Below, piece by piece: positions 24,518 to 37,497 of a DNA stretch of 64,000 bases; position 1 is the first letter of the stretch; each line of letters starts with the position of its first letter. The stretch covers positions 713,414-777,413 of the forward strand of contig JBNGIO010006379.1 in NCBI GenBank assembly GCA_049999805.1. Reading direction: 5' to 3'. A program made the position numbers and the translations under genes. The notes beneath the pieces are model-generated. The model was not told the origin of the DNA. It did not search any database and worked only from the letters and a program-made list of their open reading frames with translations. Source of the stretch: Folioceros fuciformis (taxonomy: Eukaryota).

Positions 24518-25041
24518 GGAAGAAAAACCCATGGCCAGTTGCAGATACTACGACATGCCGTGGAGTGCAGGCGCACTGACTTTTTAGTGTGTTTAGTTAA
24601 CAATTCTTGTTATTAACTTGGAGGTTCGTTGTTAGGTAAATTTCATTCTCGAATATAATAGTAGTTTTCAACATTTGTTAAGTTCTATTAAGTTGATAAA
24701 GCAGGAAAGGAAAGCTCGACAAATAGGTAAATTGGGAGTGACAGGGCGGAGACTATGCGGACATTTGTGCCGGGATGAAGGACGTTTCCAAATATGTATA
24801 CCTGCTAAATCCAACGAGTCTTGATATATCCAGTAATAAGACTTTCCGCTGCCTATATATCCACTTGAACGTGTCTGGTAGTTGGCCTGGCAAGGCTTGA
24901 CACGGCGCTGCTTCCCAGGCTTCGTTTGCTGCACGCGTATTGGAGTTCCGTCGTACAGAAATCAAGGGGATTGGGCAGAAGTGTGCAGGGGCGTGGCGTA
25001 GTCTGGATTTGAGAATCTCGGTAGAGCAAAAGCCAGCTCCG

Positions 25042-25850
25042 ATGTCCAATCCTCGGGGCTACACCGAGGTTGGAGGACAACGGTCAAGACAGAGCTGGGA
25101 TTACGACTCTCTGACTGCCAGACGGGGGTAGGGGTCCCTCATTGCTCACATTTCTCTTCAGTGAAGCGTCCTGCCCGTTTGCAATGTCTGTTACAGTTGT
25201 GGCATGTGAGCTTACCGATAATTTGTAGGCGATTCTGTGAGGTGGTTGGGCTTGTGCATGTGATGACAACAGCGAAAGGAACCATCTGCTTCCCAGAGCT
25301 GGTAACCCTAACATTTCATTGGTCTTGGTAACAGCGATGGGCTCACCAGCAGACCCTCTGCCCCCAATTATGAGATTCAGTTGAGAGTAGACCCCATTCA
25401 TGACGAGCATGAGCAGGAGCTTGAAGGGCTTCGTAGCAAAGTTGCAATGCTCAAGAATGTAAGGCCTCTTGTATACCTGCAGCCTGTGATTGAGTCGGGT
25501 GTCCAGTGTGGAGTGTTGGGTGGATCTCACAGCAAGGATCGTCTTCCTCCTACAGGTTGCAAAAGAGATCGAGTCGGAGACTAAACTCCAAAACCAGTTT
25601 CTCAATCAGCTTGTAGGTGATCTACGCTCTATGCCCTGGACAGCCCGTTGAGTGTTTGTCAGTGTTAATTTCCTTGAGTGGCACTTTGCAGGAATCATCA
25701 ATGGCGAAGGCACAATCTTCTTTATCTAACACCATGAAAAGACTCAACAGAAGCTTAGCTGCCAACCAGACAAGTTCTTTGACGCAAGTGGTCTTGTTTG
25801 CACTGCTGTGCTTCTTTGCCATATATTTTTGGATAAGGTTTTTCAGGTGA
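25042..25850 (+). CDS. SFT1: Bet1-like Qc-SNARE (SFT11/SFT12 type), 4 exons
   Basis: DGLTSR..EIQLRVDP...EGLRSKVAMLKN|VAKEIESETKLQNQFLNQL|...MKRLNRS, with C-terminal TM anchor VVLFALLCFFAIYFW. Confidence 0.88.
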
Positions 25851-26129
25851 CGGGGAATCCATTCGACAAGTTTACAAATCTTACAGCCATCCTAGTCCTG
25901 TAACAGGACCGCAAAAGCCTGTCTGCGTTGCCTATAGCGGTGATGTGGGCACCTGCGGTGGCTGTCAGTGAACCATACATGGTTTTCCTCATCCTGTACC
26001 ACTGAATTCAACCATTTGCACCCTTTTTGATTGTACAACTCCCTGAGATTTCCCCCCTACTTGAATTCAAGCAAAAGTCTTTGCATTTTGGGTTGGTGTT
26101 GCCGAACCTGGACATGGTAATTCGTGAAA

Positions 26130-28047
26130 TCAGCTGTGGAATACCACGTGCAAGTCTGTAAAGTCTTCGTACTCCTCAATAAAACTGGTCAGATCACGCC
26201 ACAGCTTTACCTTGATCTTTGCCATTCCGAACATCTTGTGCGAGGCAGCGTACAGTTTGTCCTGGGCTGACTTGCTCTCAATGTGATGGGTTCCACGGTA
26301 AGTGAAGTAGATGACTTCACCGATCCCCGCCTGAAAACATAAAACAATTTGGTCTAATTGCACCGGTCGAAAGCCATTTCGCTGACTCGAACGAGAATCA
26401 CCATAAAAACTCATGGCACCTGGATTATAATTTTTGCACATTCGTTGCATGGGAACATGGTAACGTAGAGCTTCTGTGCAATGTGAGGGATACGTTGATG
26501 AGAAGTTGAAGTCGAACCCGAAAGCAAATGACATTGATTAGGAGAACCATTAGGCAGTGATGGACAGGTGGCTCAACAATTACCTGACCATTTGCTGACG
26601 CATGGTTTTTGTTAAGAATCGCATTAACCTCAGCATGACAAACGTACCTGCCAGAGTCACGACCAAAAGACAGCAGTCAGTCTGCGACCATTTGCAGATA
26701 CAGGGTGTGAAGAAGGCAGGAAGGAAGGCAAGAGATCTTAACAGGTCAAGAATACGTAGCCAGTTGAGTAGACTTACGGGTGCTTTGTCTCCAAGGGATC
26801 TCCAGTTAGCGAAATCTACACGGAAACGCACAGCAGCAACTAAGAGACACTACTTGACAGCTCATAGCTGCCACCACAGCGAACCGTCCAGTCTCTCACC
26901 ATCTCAGAAATGGAGAGTTTACCTTTGCCCACGGAAGCTCATCATCTGAACAACCTCTTGGAAAACCGTTGTATCCTATACCTGAAACATGCAGTTCAGC
27001 CAAAACTTCAGCTCTGTCACAAGATTGTGCAGGGATTCATTTTCTCAGCCAAATGACCTTGCAACTTACCAAGAATGACTTGATCCTGACTAACTAAGCA
27101 GGCTCCGACCTGCCACAAACTGTGCAGTTAGGCTAGTTCTGATGGAACAGACACTTCCATCAAGGAAATCTTTATCTTACTACAAGCTGGCTGACTACAC
27201 ATGCCTGACGATTTGGGTCCTTGGAGCGTAACGCCGACAGAAATGCAATGGACATGAAGTAATCGTCCCAAGATAAATATCTGCCAAATCCACAGGAGAG
27301 TCAAACAGAAGCAACCCGAGATGCCTTGGCTCAAACGAGATTTAGCACTCACCCTTCTCGCTTGGCTGGGTTAAGAGGATCCGGCTTTGCAACAACAGGG
27401 GATTGTTGCAGCGATTGAGCACCTATCTTCTCACCTAAGCTCTGCAAGCATTCCTGTGTCTCCTGGTCACTGAAGACCATGTCACGATAGGAATCACTTC
27501 TACTGACCCTAATTGATCTAGTTCTCTGCGATGAAAAGGGCTCATCCCCTGGAGCACATGGCTCATGATCCGCAATGCTGCTTTCCTTGCTACTACACTT
27601 GGTGTACAATGGGTTTTTCCACTGTTCATCGACAGCCAGTTGGCATGGATCAGCGCTCTGCCGGCAGTAAGATGAATGAAGTGTTGGATGCAAGTAGAAT
27701 AAATTGCTGCATCATAATAGCGAGAAACCAACGAGTCTACACCAATCTAACTGGCTAGCTCGACATCGTCAACGACCAGACTGACAGAGGCAAGGAGGAA
27801 GCTAACTGACCACATTCCAAGGAACACGCTCGAGCAGGTTCCTAACCCATGAGAACGTCGAAGGCTGGTGAGACCAGCTTGACCGAGGAGAGTCAGCATT
27901 ACACCTCTTGCACATGTCGTGCCGGCAGTAGGACCTGGCAGATGCCATGGCTGCGGCAGCTGCAATTGCAGCTGCAACTACAGAACCTCCAAACACTGCT
28001 GCTGTGGCTGCAATCAGTAAGTCCCGTCCAAGAATCGGGGAGTCCAT
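26130..28047 (-). CDS. DCD: dCMP deaminase, ~9 exons
   Basis: [71 protein letters not shown] (HxE and PCxxC zinc motifs). Confidence 0.95.
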
Positions 28048-28249
28048 AGAATCCTTCGCTCAACCAAAGACAAGTAGGCTCCGAAGAGGACAAGTCAGGA
28101 GGCCTACTGTGTCTAATCATGACCTGAAACGCACACGTAAAGGATGCACCAGTTCACGCTGCAGACAAGAAGAATCCACCATCCTCACAGACTCTTTCCT
28201 CGGAAGTTACCTTCACAAACGTGCCAACATTTTGATGAAACGGTGTTTG

Positions 28250-30100
28250 CAGAGAAAAGGATTGTCACTGATTGGGCCCTGACATCTTCCACACTGCAAG
28301 AATTGTCTCCAATCTCGGACATCAATCTCCACAACTGGCGTTTCGCGCCTGACCTAATGCGGTGCTGCTGCTGAAATTAAACCTTCTGACGCTTGGCGAG
28401 GAAACTGGACTGCCAAAATCCACTAAGCAGCCTCTGCTCTCCCTCCTCCAGATTCCGGAAACCTAGAAACCCAATCGGACTACCTGCCCGCGACTTGATC
28501 GCCGAGGCAGTTACGGAACACGTCTGGGACGCTGCCTGATCTAATCCAGACCTCAAGAATTATCCATCTCCCAATGATCTTCATCCTTCACTTTCCTGGC
28601 AGCCTTATTCAGCTGGGAAGTCTGAAATTCCTTACTTGACTCCCCTTAAGCCTCAAGAGCCATTCACCTGTGAGCCGTGCTTGGCCTCTTCCGCAGACAT
28701 TAGCATCGCTGCCGTCAAACAGCGATCTTGATCCTGGTAATTCCGCAGCATATTGCGCTGAATTGATGTGGATCAGAGGCTGTCGTGTCCTTGGCGTTGC
28801 CCTTGCCGCGAGCTCGCCAAAAGTACCGTCCGCATACATTTACAGGACAATGGGCCAGTGATTTCACATCGCCACAGTGGATAGAAAAAACTCAGGAGGA
28901 GATTTCCCGTCATCCTTTCTAAACATGTAGACAAGCCCCGACCCGATGAGTTTATAAGGCTCTGAATTGTGGCCACTTGGAATTGTACGTGGGGAAAGCG
29001 CGCCCTTCAGGCGAGCTATCTGCTCTAACAGGACTTTGCATTCCCCGGACCAATCAACGTTCTAGGATGGCCGACCGGATTGTGACCCTTGGACGCTCCT
29101 CCCTTCATGTAAACGTCCTTCTCAGTGTATGGCCACACGTCCTTCATCGGTCTGCACAAGAGCCCAGTCGGCGACGTCTCTTCTGAACGTGAGCGTTACC
29201 GTCCAGGAGTGCAGGGCGGAAGAACCATCGACTCACCGCTCTCCACTCCGCAAAAGTATCTGCAGATTTCTGGAGAATCTGCGTAGGTTGTTCGTTGAAA
29301 GCTACACCCCGGGCCCCTGCTGTGCGATCTGTCATCTAGCTAATCAGATGTGTCTGCAGGTCAGACAGACACATCAAGCTCGTCTATTGAAGTTTCAGTA
29401 TGCTTCGGGGCCGCCTTCACACCACTACGCGTCTGGGAACTGCTGTCTCCGGTCACGTTCCGGCTGCGGCTGCGGCGGCTCTGTAGGCACTGATTGATGA
29501 GGACGATGTAAGCATAAGCATCTTGGAACAGGGACAGCGGATTTCTGCAAGATGCTTTACCGGGACCTTGACAGTCAAGTGACCCCAAAGGTACGTACCT
29601 TGACAATCACTTCACCTTGATAGACCTTTAAAGCCAAGGCAGGAGACATGATTGTGTTTTGACAAACCTCCAGCAGCCCATCCCGGCTCCCTGCTTCGAT
29701 GCGAAGTCATTCCAGAGGCCTGCAACTCCTTACACCCTTTTGGCTGCGAATTCCAAGATCAGGTACGCCAGATTGCTCCGACATGACAAGACAAGGTACC
29801 CGCGAAACTAGCATGACAATAAAAAATGTCATGACATCTTCTCTCCTCTGGTCACCAATGGTGATGTCAGGATTTGGAATCTGGTCATTTTTACTTTTCC
29901 GTCTGGCTCACGTCTTTGGACCACAGTGATCAGGGGTCACCTATGCAGAATAAGAAATTGTTCTGACAGAACAATTTATTTCCTATTCAGTGTGAAGGAC
30001 CAGCATTTCATGACGCCCGCCCTCAAGTACATCCTGCAGAACGTGTTCTACAAGTAGCGACGAGCAGAATGGCAGAACCCCATCGGCAACAAACAAGAGC
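28250..30100 (-). pseudogene. RPA1 (pseudo): Decayed partial duplicate of the RPA1 gene and its 3' flank (matches ~39090-41410)
   Basis: Collinear similarity, e.g. GAGGAAACTGGACTGCC (~28398/~39196), GCTGCCTGATCT.ATCCAGACCTCAAGA (~28530/~39332), GGACGATGTAAGCATAAGCATCTT (~29500/~40880). Introns are retained, with frameshifts and a ~0.5 kb internal deletion. Confidence 0.85.
28341..28348 (+). promoter_or_regulatory. Canonical E2F site TTTCGCGC ~300 bp upstream of the dCMP deaminase ATG
   Basis: Exact match to TTTSSCGS; nucleotide-metabolism genes are typical E2F targets. Confidence 0.55.
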
Positions 30101-30804
30101 CCATGGTGTTTGTGGCTTCCCAACTGCCCAAGTGTGCATGTACCTGATACATTACATAATATTAAAGTAAGTTATTATAGAGTAGAAAATTGAAAGAAAG
30201 CCCATTTAAGTACATATGTTCATGTGTACATGGGTGTGTCATTTTGTACGGCGTAGCCTACCCTGGATCATGGCGAGGTCGAGAAAGTAACTCCAACCCG
30301 AGAAGGTCCGGGTGAAGAGAAGAGAAGAGAAGAGCGCGAAGGTGTGGTGTTGGCCTCTCTCTAATGCTGATGTCCTTAGAGGCTTAAGCTTCAAACAAAA
30401 ACAGCACAGGAGGTAAAGTAGCTCTCACCATGTTTATGATGCTTGTACGAGGGGTAAGGTTTTATAAAAAAAGGAAGCGTCCTTTCATTAGGGCTTTCAA
30501 AGGGCTTTGGTTTTGGCTTTGGCTTGTCGCCAGTCTCCTTATAAGTAGACGGGAGAACGGCAAGTGTTTGGTCCGGCAATTGAGGCCCCTTCCTCTCCCT
30601 ATCACCTGCAGTGTGAGTCGTGCCTGGCAGCCAATTCGCTCCGTGGGTGTCCAAATAAATGACATGCGCAGCAGGGCATCGCACTGCACTTGCTCGCCAG
30701 CGCAATTCTCATGCTGCAGCCGGGGCAGCAGAGCAGGATGATTCTCGTAGAATATTGTGTGGCACGGTTGCGAGCTTGAGGGGCACTGTGGCCGCCGGAG
30801 GCCT

Positions 30805-33800
30805 ATGGATCCTGGACTTATCAAGCTTCTTGAAGATGATGAGGTACTTTTTTAGGGTTTCGTGCTGCACAGCAGAGCAGAGCAGACAGCGGCTCGCAGG
30901 CTCTGCGGAGATTGTGCGCAAATGCATGGCAGTACTCAGGAAGAGTTGTTCTCGTGATACAGGATGAAACAGCTCTTCCCGTATCGGGTGCTGCTGTAGA
31001 TGCCTTTGCTGCAGAGCTCAACAGAGATGTTATTGGCGGAAGCGTGGGAGCGGAGGCTGCGGAAGCCGGTTATGGGCCTGGTCGTGTGGGGAATGGGAAT
31101 CCGCAGGCTGTGCCTCAGGCCACCACGCCCGTCGCTTCGGGTGCGCCTGACAAGGGTGACAAAGGTTAGACCACACGGGGGTGTGGCTCTGGTGTCATTC
31201 TGTCGCAAATCGCGGGTTCGTCCGTTATGGCTGAAGCCGTTTACGGCGAGGTTTTTGTGTCGGCTGACTAGGTTTTGTGCTGTGATTGCACAGGCTCCGC
31301 TCCGCAGGGCAAGCCTGTGGAGGGCAATCCTGCAGTTGGTGTACAGCCAACTGCATTGCACTGGAATCAGCTGACGCCTCAGCAACAGCATGAAATGTTG
31401 AAACGGAGGCGACAGCAGCAGCAGCAACAACAACAGCAGCAGCAGCATCGGCCCCATGGTATTGCAGATGGGGGGCAAGCAGGAGGGGCAAACGCTGGAC
31501 CTCTGGGTACTGAGAAGAAACCATCTGGCATGAGCTATGGCATCTCGTTTTCCCAGTTGATGCCCTTACTTCTCCCTCATTTGCCCCAGGAGCAAGGCCA
31601 ACAGCTGGAAGCTCTATTTCAGAGATTCAAAGTGAGCACCTGCGGACTTCCTCTGCAGCATCTGGGTTCTGTGCTTGAATTCCTGAGCTGATCGGGGACG
31701 AGTATGTGCATACGAATTTGGTCTGCGTGACTGTGTGAATGGCTGTCCTCTTCTTCCTGTGCACTCACGTTTGTGCTGGTTGCCGTATTGGTGTGTGCAG
31801 ATTAACGAGATTACACGGGAGGATTTTGTTCGAGGATGTCGATCCATTGCAGGGGATAACATGCTAGTACAGACGATTCGGCAGATGCAGCTCAAGGCAC
31901 GTCCTGCTACTACAAATGTAATCAATAGTTGAATATGTGTTCATGTGCAACTGCCTGCTGTTCGTCTTTTTCTCAGTGTGAGTGCTGACCATCAGGTTGT
32001 GTCTTTTTCGGTTTATGCAGCAACAACTACATGTCAATCAAATGCGCCAGCAGCAAAAGTCTTTGATGCAAGTACCTGTTGTGCCACAGTCAGCTTCGGA
32101 GATATGTCAGCAATCCCACCAACAGCCACAGCTTCTGCCGACAGATCAGGAAAGAGCGAAGCTGCTGTTGGAACAAGAAAATAACCCACTGCCAGCTATC
32201 CCATTGCAGCAGGCTCTCAAGACCTCTGAGGCTATTTCCTCAGATTGTCAGGAAAGGTTCCAGCCACTTATTCGGCAAACCCAGCTGTCACAGGTGAAAG
32301 CAGAGCCTCAAACTCCACAATCTCAGCAATCTGCAGGACCTCTTTCTTTGCAGCAGCAGACCATCCAAAACAGACAGGCTGAGCTGCCAGGATCCAGTCA
32401 GCTGCAACATCCAGGATCACAGATACTTGAAACTGTGAAAAATGAGGTAGATAAACAGTTGAAGCAGCAGTCGGGAACAGGACTTCCTGTTGCTACACGT
32501 CTTCCGCTGACGGCTCCTGTGGCTAGTGGTAGTACGCAACAGCCTCCTTCCCTAGGGCAGAAAGTATCACCCCTGCAACCGCCCGGTCCCCAATCTTTAC
32601 AATCGCAGAGCTCAGCAGGTGCAGCTGACAAGCCTTTGAGCAAATATCAGAGGTCGAAACTTAGGAAAGAACAGAAAAGAAGGGAGGAAGAAGAGCAATT
32701 GCTGCGCAGCAAAACTCTTCAAACAATGGCAGGTGCAGCAGTAGGAACTACGCAGCCGGTGCAGGCATCTCAAAATCAGTCACAGCAGACAGTTGCTGTT
32801 TCACATCAACAATCCTTCTCTGCCTTGAAACAGCAAGCAGTATCCACTGTAAAGCAGGAACCTGCGGAGCAGCAAAGTGATTCGACTCAGAAGAAGGCAA
32901 TTCCTCCGTCAACTAGTTATCCAGACTTGTTGGCAAGCCAAAGTGGATCCCAGAATTCGTCTAGACCACAGGTCTCAGACTCACCTGCATTGGACAGAGT
33001 GGAGTCTTTGAAAGGCAATGAGCAAGAGCCTTTGTTATCATCCCCAGGTGGATATGCTGCTCGTATGACTGGAAGCTGTGCTGCTTCGACGCCCATGTCT
33101 TGTGCTTTTTCGCAAGAAACAACCTCGTATGCAGAACGTTTCCTGCAACACTCTGGATTTCCCCCAAGCCAGGTATGATGTTCCGTTCGCTAGCTCATGG
33201 TCAGGTGGTCCACGAACTGGTTAGGGTGCAGTCTCTTGGGTCGGTAGATTTATTGTAATTTGCTGGTGCTGGTGTGGGATGCACAGGGAGTGCAACAGTC
33301 TCCTGGCATTAATCGATCAGGTGCCCCTGCTCTGTCCATGCAAAATAAGCCAAATCCTCCCATTGCGAGTGGCTTGACACCTGCAAGTGCACAAGTACAA
33401 GGACAGGGACTTGTACAAAATACAACCATGGCTGGATTGCCCCTTCCTGGCTCACTGGCAGGGAAGACTCCAATGAAGAAGCCAGTGCTTGGGCAGAAGA
33501 AAGCCGCTGAAAGCCCCTTGCTATCCCAGCCACCAAGGTTGGTGGTCTTGTATCATGTCAAATAATTTGTTGTTCTTTGAAATCTATGTACATCTTCGGA
33601 TGAACAGAAGAGGTTTGGCTTTTGGCTGGCAGTCTATCACTGTAGCCCTTTCGTGTGTTGGGCTGCAGCAAAAAGCAGAAAATTGCAGGTGGTGATGCTG
33701 ATCAGAGCATTGATCAGTTGAATGATGTCACAGCCGTTAGTGGTGTAAACCTCAGGGTAAGCCGTTATGTAGTTTGTGGTTGTTGCCTGGGAGTGGGGAG

Positions 33801-35539
33801 AATGTTGGTCTGCCTGTAATGGCCTCCAGCATTCTTGTTTCCTTGCAGGAGGAAGAAGAGCAATTGCTGGCAGGACCAAGGGAAGAAAGCCGCACCACAG
33901 AGGCAATCCGGAAAGCTGTTCAAGATGAAGAAGATAGGTTGTTTCTAGATAGAGGGTTTTTACGCAAAAAACTAAGTGACGTAGGTAAACTGGCTTCTCC
34001 ATCTTCGAAAAGAGTGCTTGGGGATTTGTATGCAGTGGTTGTCATGTAGGAGGTTGGAAATATTCACCAGCAAAAACTGAACTGAACCTTGTGCTGGGCC
34101 GTGCAGTTAAGACCAAAGGTTTTCGGTCTGTGGGTGATGAGATGGAGAAATGTTTGTCTATGGTATGATGTCCCTGTGTGGGCCAACTCTTTTCTTTTTG
34201 AGAGCAAAGGTCATGTGCCCTTAGGAGTGGCAAGTTTTTTCGTCCTTCTAGGAGTTTTGTATGTAACAGAATGTAGTGTCCTTATTTTGTGCAGCTATGC
34301 TTGTTGGCAGGCTACAGAGGAGTTTATGCGTAGTATGTTGTACAACATAATCAAGCTGTCCAAGCAGGTAGCAGCTGACTTGCATTTTCCGAGTTCAGAA
34401 AATGGGGGCCACTTTGCACCAGCAAAACTCTGGAAAAATAGTAACGGAATGTTTTGGTTTGATAGCGCTGTGATTCTGAGAAGGACAGGCACAGGTTCGT
34501 GGTTACAGCAGATGTCCGGCGGGATGTCCTCTTGAAAAGAAAGAAAGAAAGAGAAGCCCTGGAAAAAAAGCAGGCTGAAGAGAATGAAAGGTTGCGGAAG
34601 ATGACTGAGGTAGTCTGATGATATTCTGATCTACACGTTGCTTTGGGACAAGCTGTACGCTTCTGCGTGTGAGAAAGTGGTTGCGATTGCTGACGGTCAC
34701 AAGAAAAACTGTTGTTCACCTGTCCAGAAAAAGGACAAAGGCGCGCTTGCTGATGTGGAAAAGGATGAGCTACGGGCCAAAGCTCAAAAGGTACAAAAAA
34801 TGGCGGCTCTAACTTGAAGAGTTGTAGCTAGTGTATGTTCCAGTGCCCCTGACATTTTGTGACTGGCAGGCACAGCAAGAAGAGGAAGACAAATTGAGAG
34901 CTAATGCAGCCAACATTGCTGCCAGACAAGCAATTGGTGCTGATGACATGCTCAGCAAGTGGACGATGCTAGCTGAACAAGGACGGCAGAAGCGGCAAGG
35001 TGGAGACGCAGGTGTGTAGGCAGACCTGATTCTCTCAAACCTGAGGATTGTGCTTAATTCGAGCTTGACCAACTACCAGATCAATTGAACAGCACGTGAT
35101 TTGCAGCTGACGGTCCTGGTGGTGCAAAAGAGCAAGAAAGGAGAGTAGAGGTAGGACACACAGGTCAAGGAGTTGGGCCAGGCAGACCACAGCACAATGG
35201 AGGCGGCCCTTCACCTGTGACGACAACTGGCAGACCCCCTGGTATTCTCTCCTTTAGATCACTAGATGTGGACCTCCCTCTCAGCTTCGTTGACTGTACT
35301 GTGTTTGCTCACTTCGTTTCCTGTTCACGTCAGGACCGGGCCCAGGATCCGCATCTGCGAGAGGAGGCAGGCCCTCGGCTCAGACTGGAAGGTCTCAACG
35401 CGTCATCACCTTGAAGGACGTTCTTGCTGCCATGGAAAGGGATCCACACTTGGGGAAGAGTACTTTGCTGTATCAGTTGTATGAGATGGAGAGGAAAACA
35501 TCTTCTGACGTTCCAGATAGAACAGTAACCAAGAGGTGA
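30805..35539 (+). CDS. TAF4: TFIID subunit 4 with RST domain and C-terminal histone-fold region, multi-exon
   Basis: [37 protein letters not shown] domain ([20 protein letters not shown]), [66 protein letters not shown]. Confidence 0.95.
31413..31445 (+). repeat. CAG/CAA tract encoding Q11 in TAF4
   Basis: Read directly. Confidence 0.95.
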
Positions 35540-35841
35540 TCCGGCCACTTATTTTTAGGCCTCATCAACACCGGGTTGCTTAAAGTGATGCAGGAGCCAT
35601 TTCTCTGAAACTAGATATATATTTCAACGTGCTTAAAGACCGGGCAGGGAGGCCCATCCCTATCTGTTCACAACGTCTGCCGTGGGCCTCCCCGCCTGCT
35701 TTTTAAGCCCGATGTTGTGACTGAAATGTGTTGAGCCGATGTTCCAACCTCCGCTTGCTCGAAGATCACTGTTTGTGGACGACTGCCATCTTCCTACTTG
35801 TTCTTGCCCTTCGCACAACGAAATTTTGGAAGTCGGCTTTG

Positions 35842-37497
35842 ATGGAACAAAGACGGGTGGCGCTCCCTGCCTGGCGCAATCCAAGGGCCTTGCTCCTGCG
35901 GGAGCAGGAGACGGTGCAGTCAATCGGTGGAGCGTTGCAGGTCAGCCGGCCTGGACCGATTACATCCAATCGTCCGCCTCAGAGCTCTAGCAAGTTTATT
36001 CCCTTGATCACCAAGTCTGCAACTCATGCATCGCCGGAGGCTGCCAGTGTGACAGCATCGTCATTAGGGAGGACTGCCTCAGTTCCAGCTAATAACTCAT
36101 CTGGTGGAGATGAGACGTCGTCGGAGAGAGTTTTGCCTGCGTCCTCCCCAGCTGCCATTCCTCCGGTTGCAGATATCCTCTCTCAGGAATCGGAGTCGTG
36201 TTACTCTGGTGATCCCCCTCCGGTTTTACCAACTGCATTGTTGTCCACATCCCCTCAGGTAAGTCAGCTGCAGTCGTTTTTGGAAGATGGACAGGCACGA
36301 GAAGAGGTTTCCGAACCTGCAGTGGCACAGTCGGTCATGGAGTCACTAGTACACAATGTGGACGCTCGGCCAGAAAAGATACCTACAGATACAAATTGTG
36401 GAATTCTCCTCTCCCAGGAATCATGTTATGCTGGAAAATCGGCTCCAGTTGAGCCGTTGGCGTTGGTGTCTGCACAGTCTCAGGTGCAACTATGTTTCCG
36501 AGGTGGACAAGAACGTGACGAAGCTGCTGGACGCCCCTCGCAATTGGACCTGAACTTACACTTGCAGACTATAGCCAGTCCGCGAGAGAACCCGGCGGTA
36601 GCTGTGGAGAGCAAGCAGAAGCCAGTAGCTAAAAGGCAGAGGAAACGTCCAAAGGGTCGGGGCTCTGGCAGCACCGATCTCAATGTGGACACTTTTTGCA
36701 ACGCAATCGATGATAGCAACTCAATTCCACCAAAGGCGTATACAAAGAGAATATTACCAGGACCAGTCAAGATATGTGACGGCTCTGGCGTGCACCAATT
36801 GGCTCTATGTGCTCCTCCAGCCTGTTTCTCAGTTCAACCGCCACCCCGATTTTCAGCAATGCTCATGAAGCCTTTGGCACAAAGTCAAAACTCGCAGCCA
36901 GCAGACACAACCGTCACGGGAAGCCGAAGTACTGATGTTCTTCACGCTCGGGGACATCAAACGAACCGGATCATGGCCCCGATCCCATCTGGTTTAACTC
37001 AGTCAGGACCGAAACCATCGTCTGTCATCAGTTCTCGAGCTCGTAGCTCATCCTGTCATGCAGCTCCCGGTGGATTATCACAAGGACCTTATCCATCTGC
37101 CAGCGATGCTGAGCGGATGTCTGGCGAGGCGGAGGTTCAACTTTCTCAAGAATCCTCACAAGTTTTCCCTCCTGACGTATCACAGCCAGCTCCCAAAAGG
37201 AAGAGGATTCCAGAAATGAAGGGATCGCCAAGAATGGAGACATTACTTGATGTTGTCCAAAAATCTGCTTTGGTAGCTGTCGTCCCAGGAGACCTGGATA
37301 CCCTCAGACAGATGCCACCAGAGTGTCCTGACAGGTTTTCTATCGTGCTCCTGCAGGTCCTCACCCCGACGGAGGACCAAAATGCGGCGCAGGAGAAAAC
37401 CTGCCTGGAACCAGTTCAAAGTTCACTGGAAAATGATAGACATTCTACTGTCCTCGGATTTTGTCGACCACATATTCTTCATGGTAAATCTGTTTGA
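35842..37497 (+). CDS. Orphan ~550-aa Ser/Pro/Gln-rich, probably disordered nuclear protein
   Basis: Uninterrupted 1.77 kb frame, first in-frame ATG at 35842; NLS-like KRQRKRPK and PKRKR; Site II motifs upstream (GGCCCA 35651, TGGGCC 35683). The 3' end may be spliced. Confidence 0.65.
   Translation: MEQRRVALPAWRNPRALLLREQETVQSIGGALQVSRPGPITSNRPPQSSSKFIPLITKSATHASPEAASVTASSLGRTASVPANNSSGGDETSSERVLPASSPAAIPPVADILSQESESCYSGDPPPVLPTALLSTSPQVSQLQSFLEDGQAREEVSEPAVAQSVMESLVHNVDARPEKIPTDTNCGILLSQESCYAGKSAPVEPLALVSAQSQVQLCFRGGQERDEAAGRPSQLDLNLHLQTIASPRENPAVAVESKQKPVAKRQRKRPKGRGSGSTDLNVDTFCNAIDDSNSIPPKAYTKRILPGPVKICDGSGVHQLALCAPPACFSVQPPPRFSAMLMKPLAQSQNSQPADTTVTGSRSTDVLHARGHQTNRIMAPIPSGLTQSGPKPSSVISSRARSSSCHAAPGGLSQGPYPSASDAERMSGEAEVQLSQESSQVFPPDVSQPAPKRKRIPEMKGSPRMETLLDVVQKSALVAVVPGDLDTLRQMPPECPDRFSIVLLQVLTPTEDQNAAQEKTCLEPVQSSLENDRHSTVLGFCRPHILHGKSV

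Noticed and set aside
27800..28047. Hydrophobic Ala-rich N-terminus of dCMP deaminase
   Set aside because: To my knowledge plant dCMP deaminases commonly carry a similar hydrophobic N-terminal segment.
36740..36770. KRILPGP in the orphan ORF, resembling the PGPAG motif of HROB/MCM8IP
   Set aside because: The match is partial and no C-terminal OB-fold is visible.
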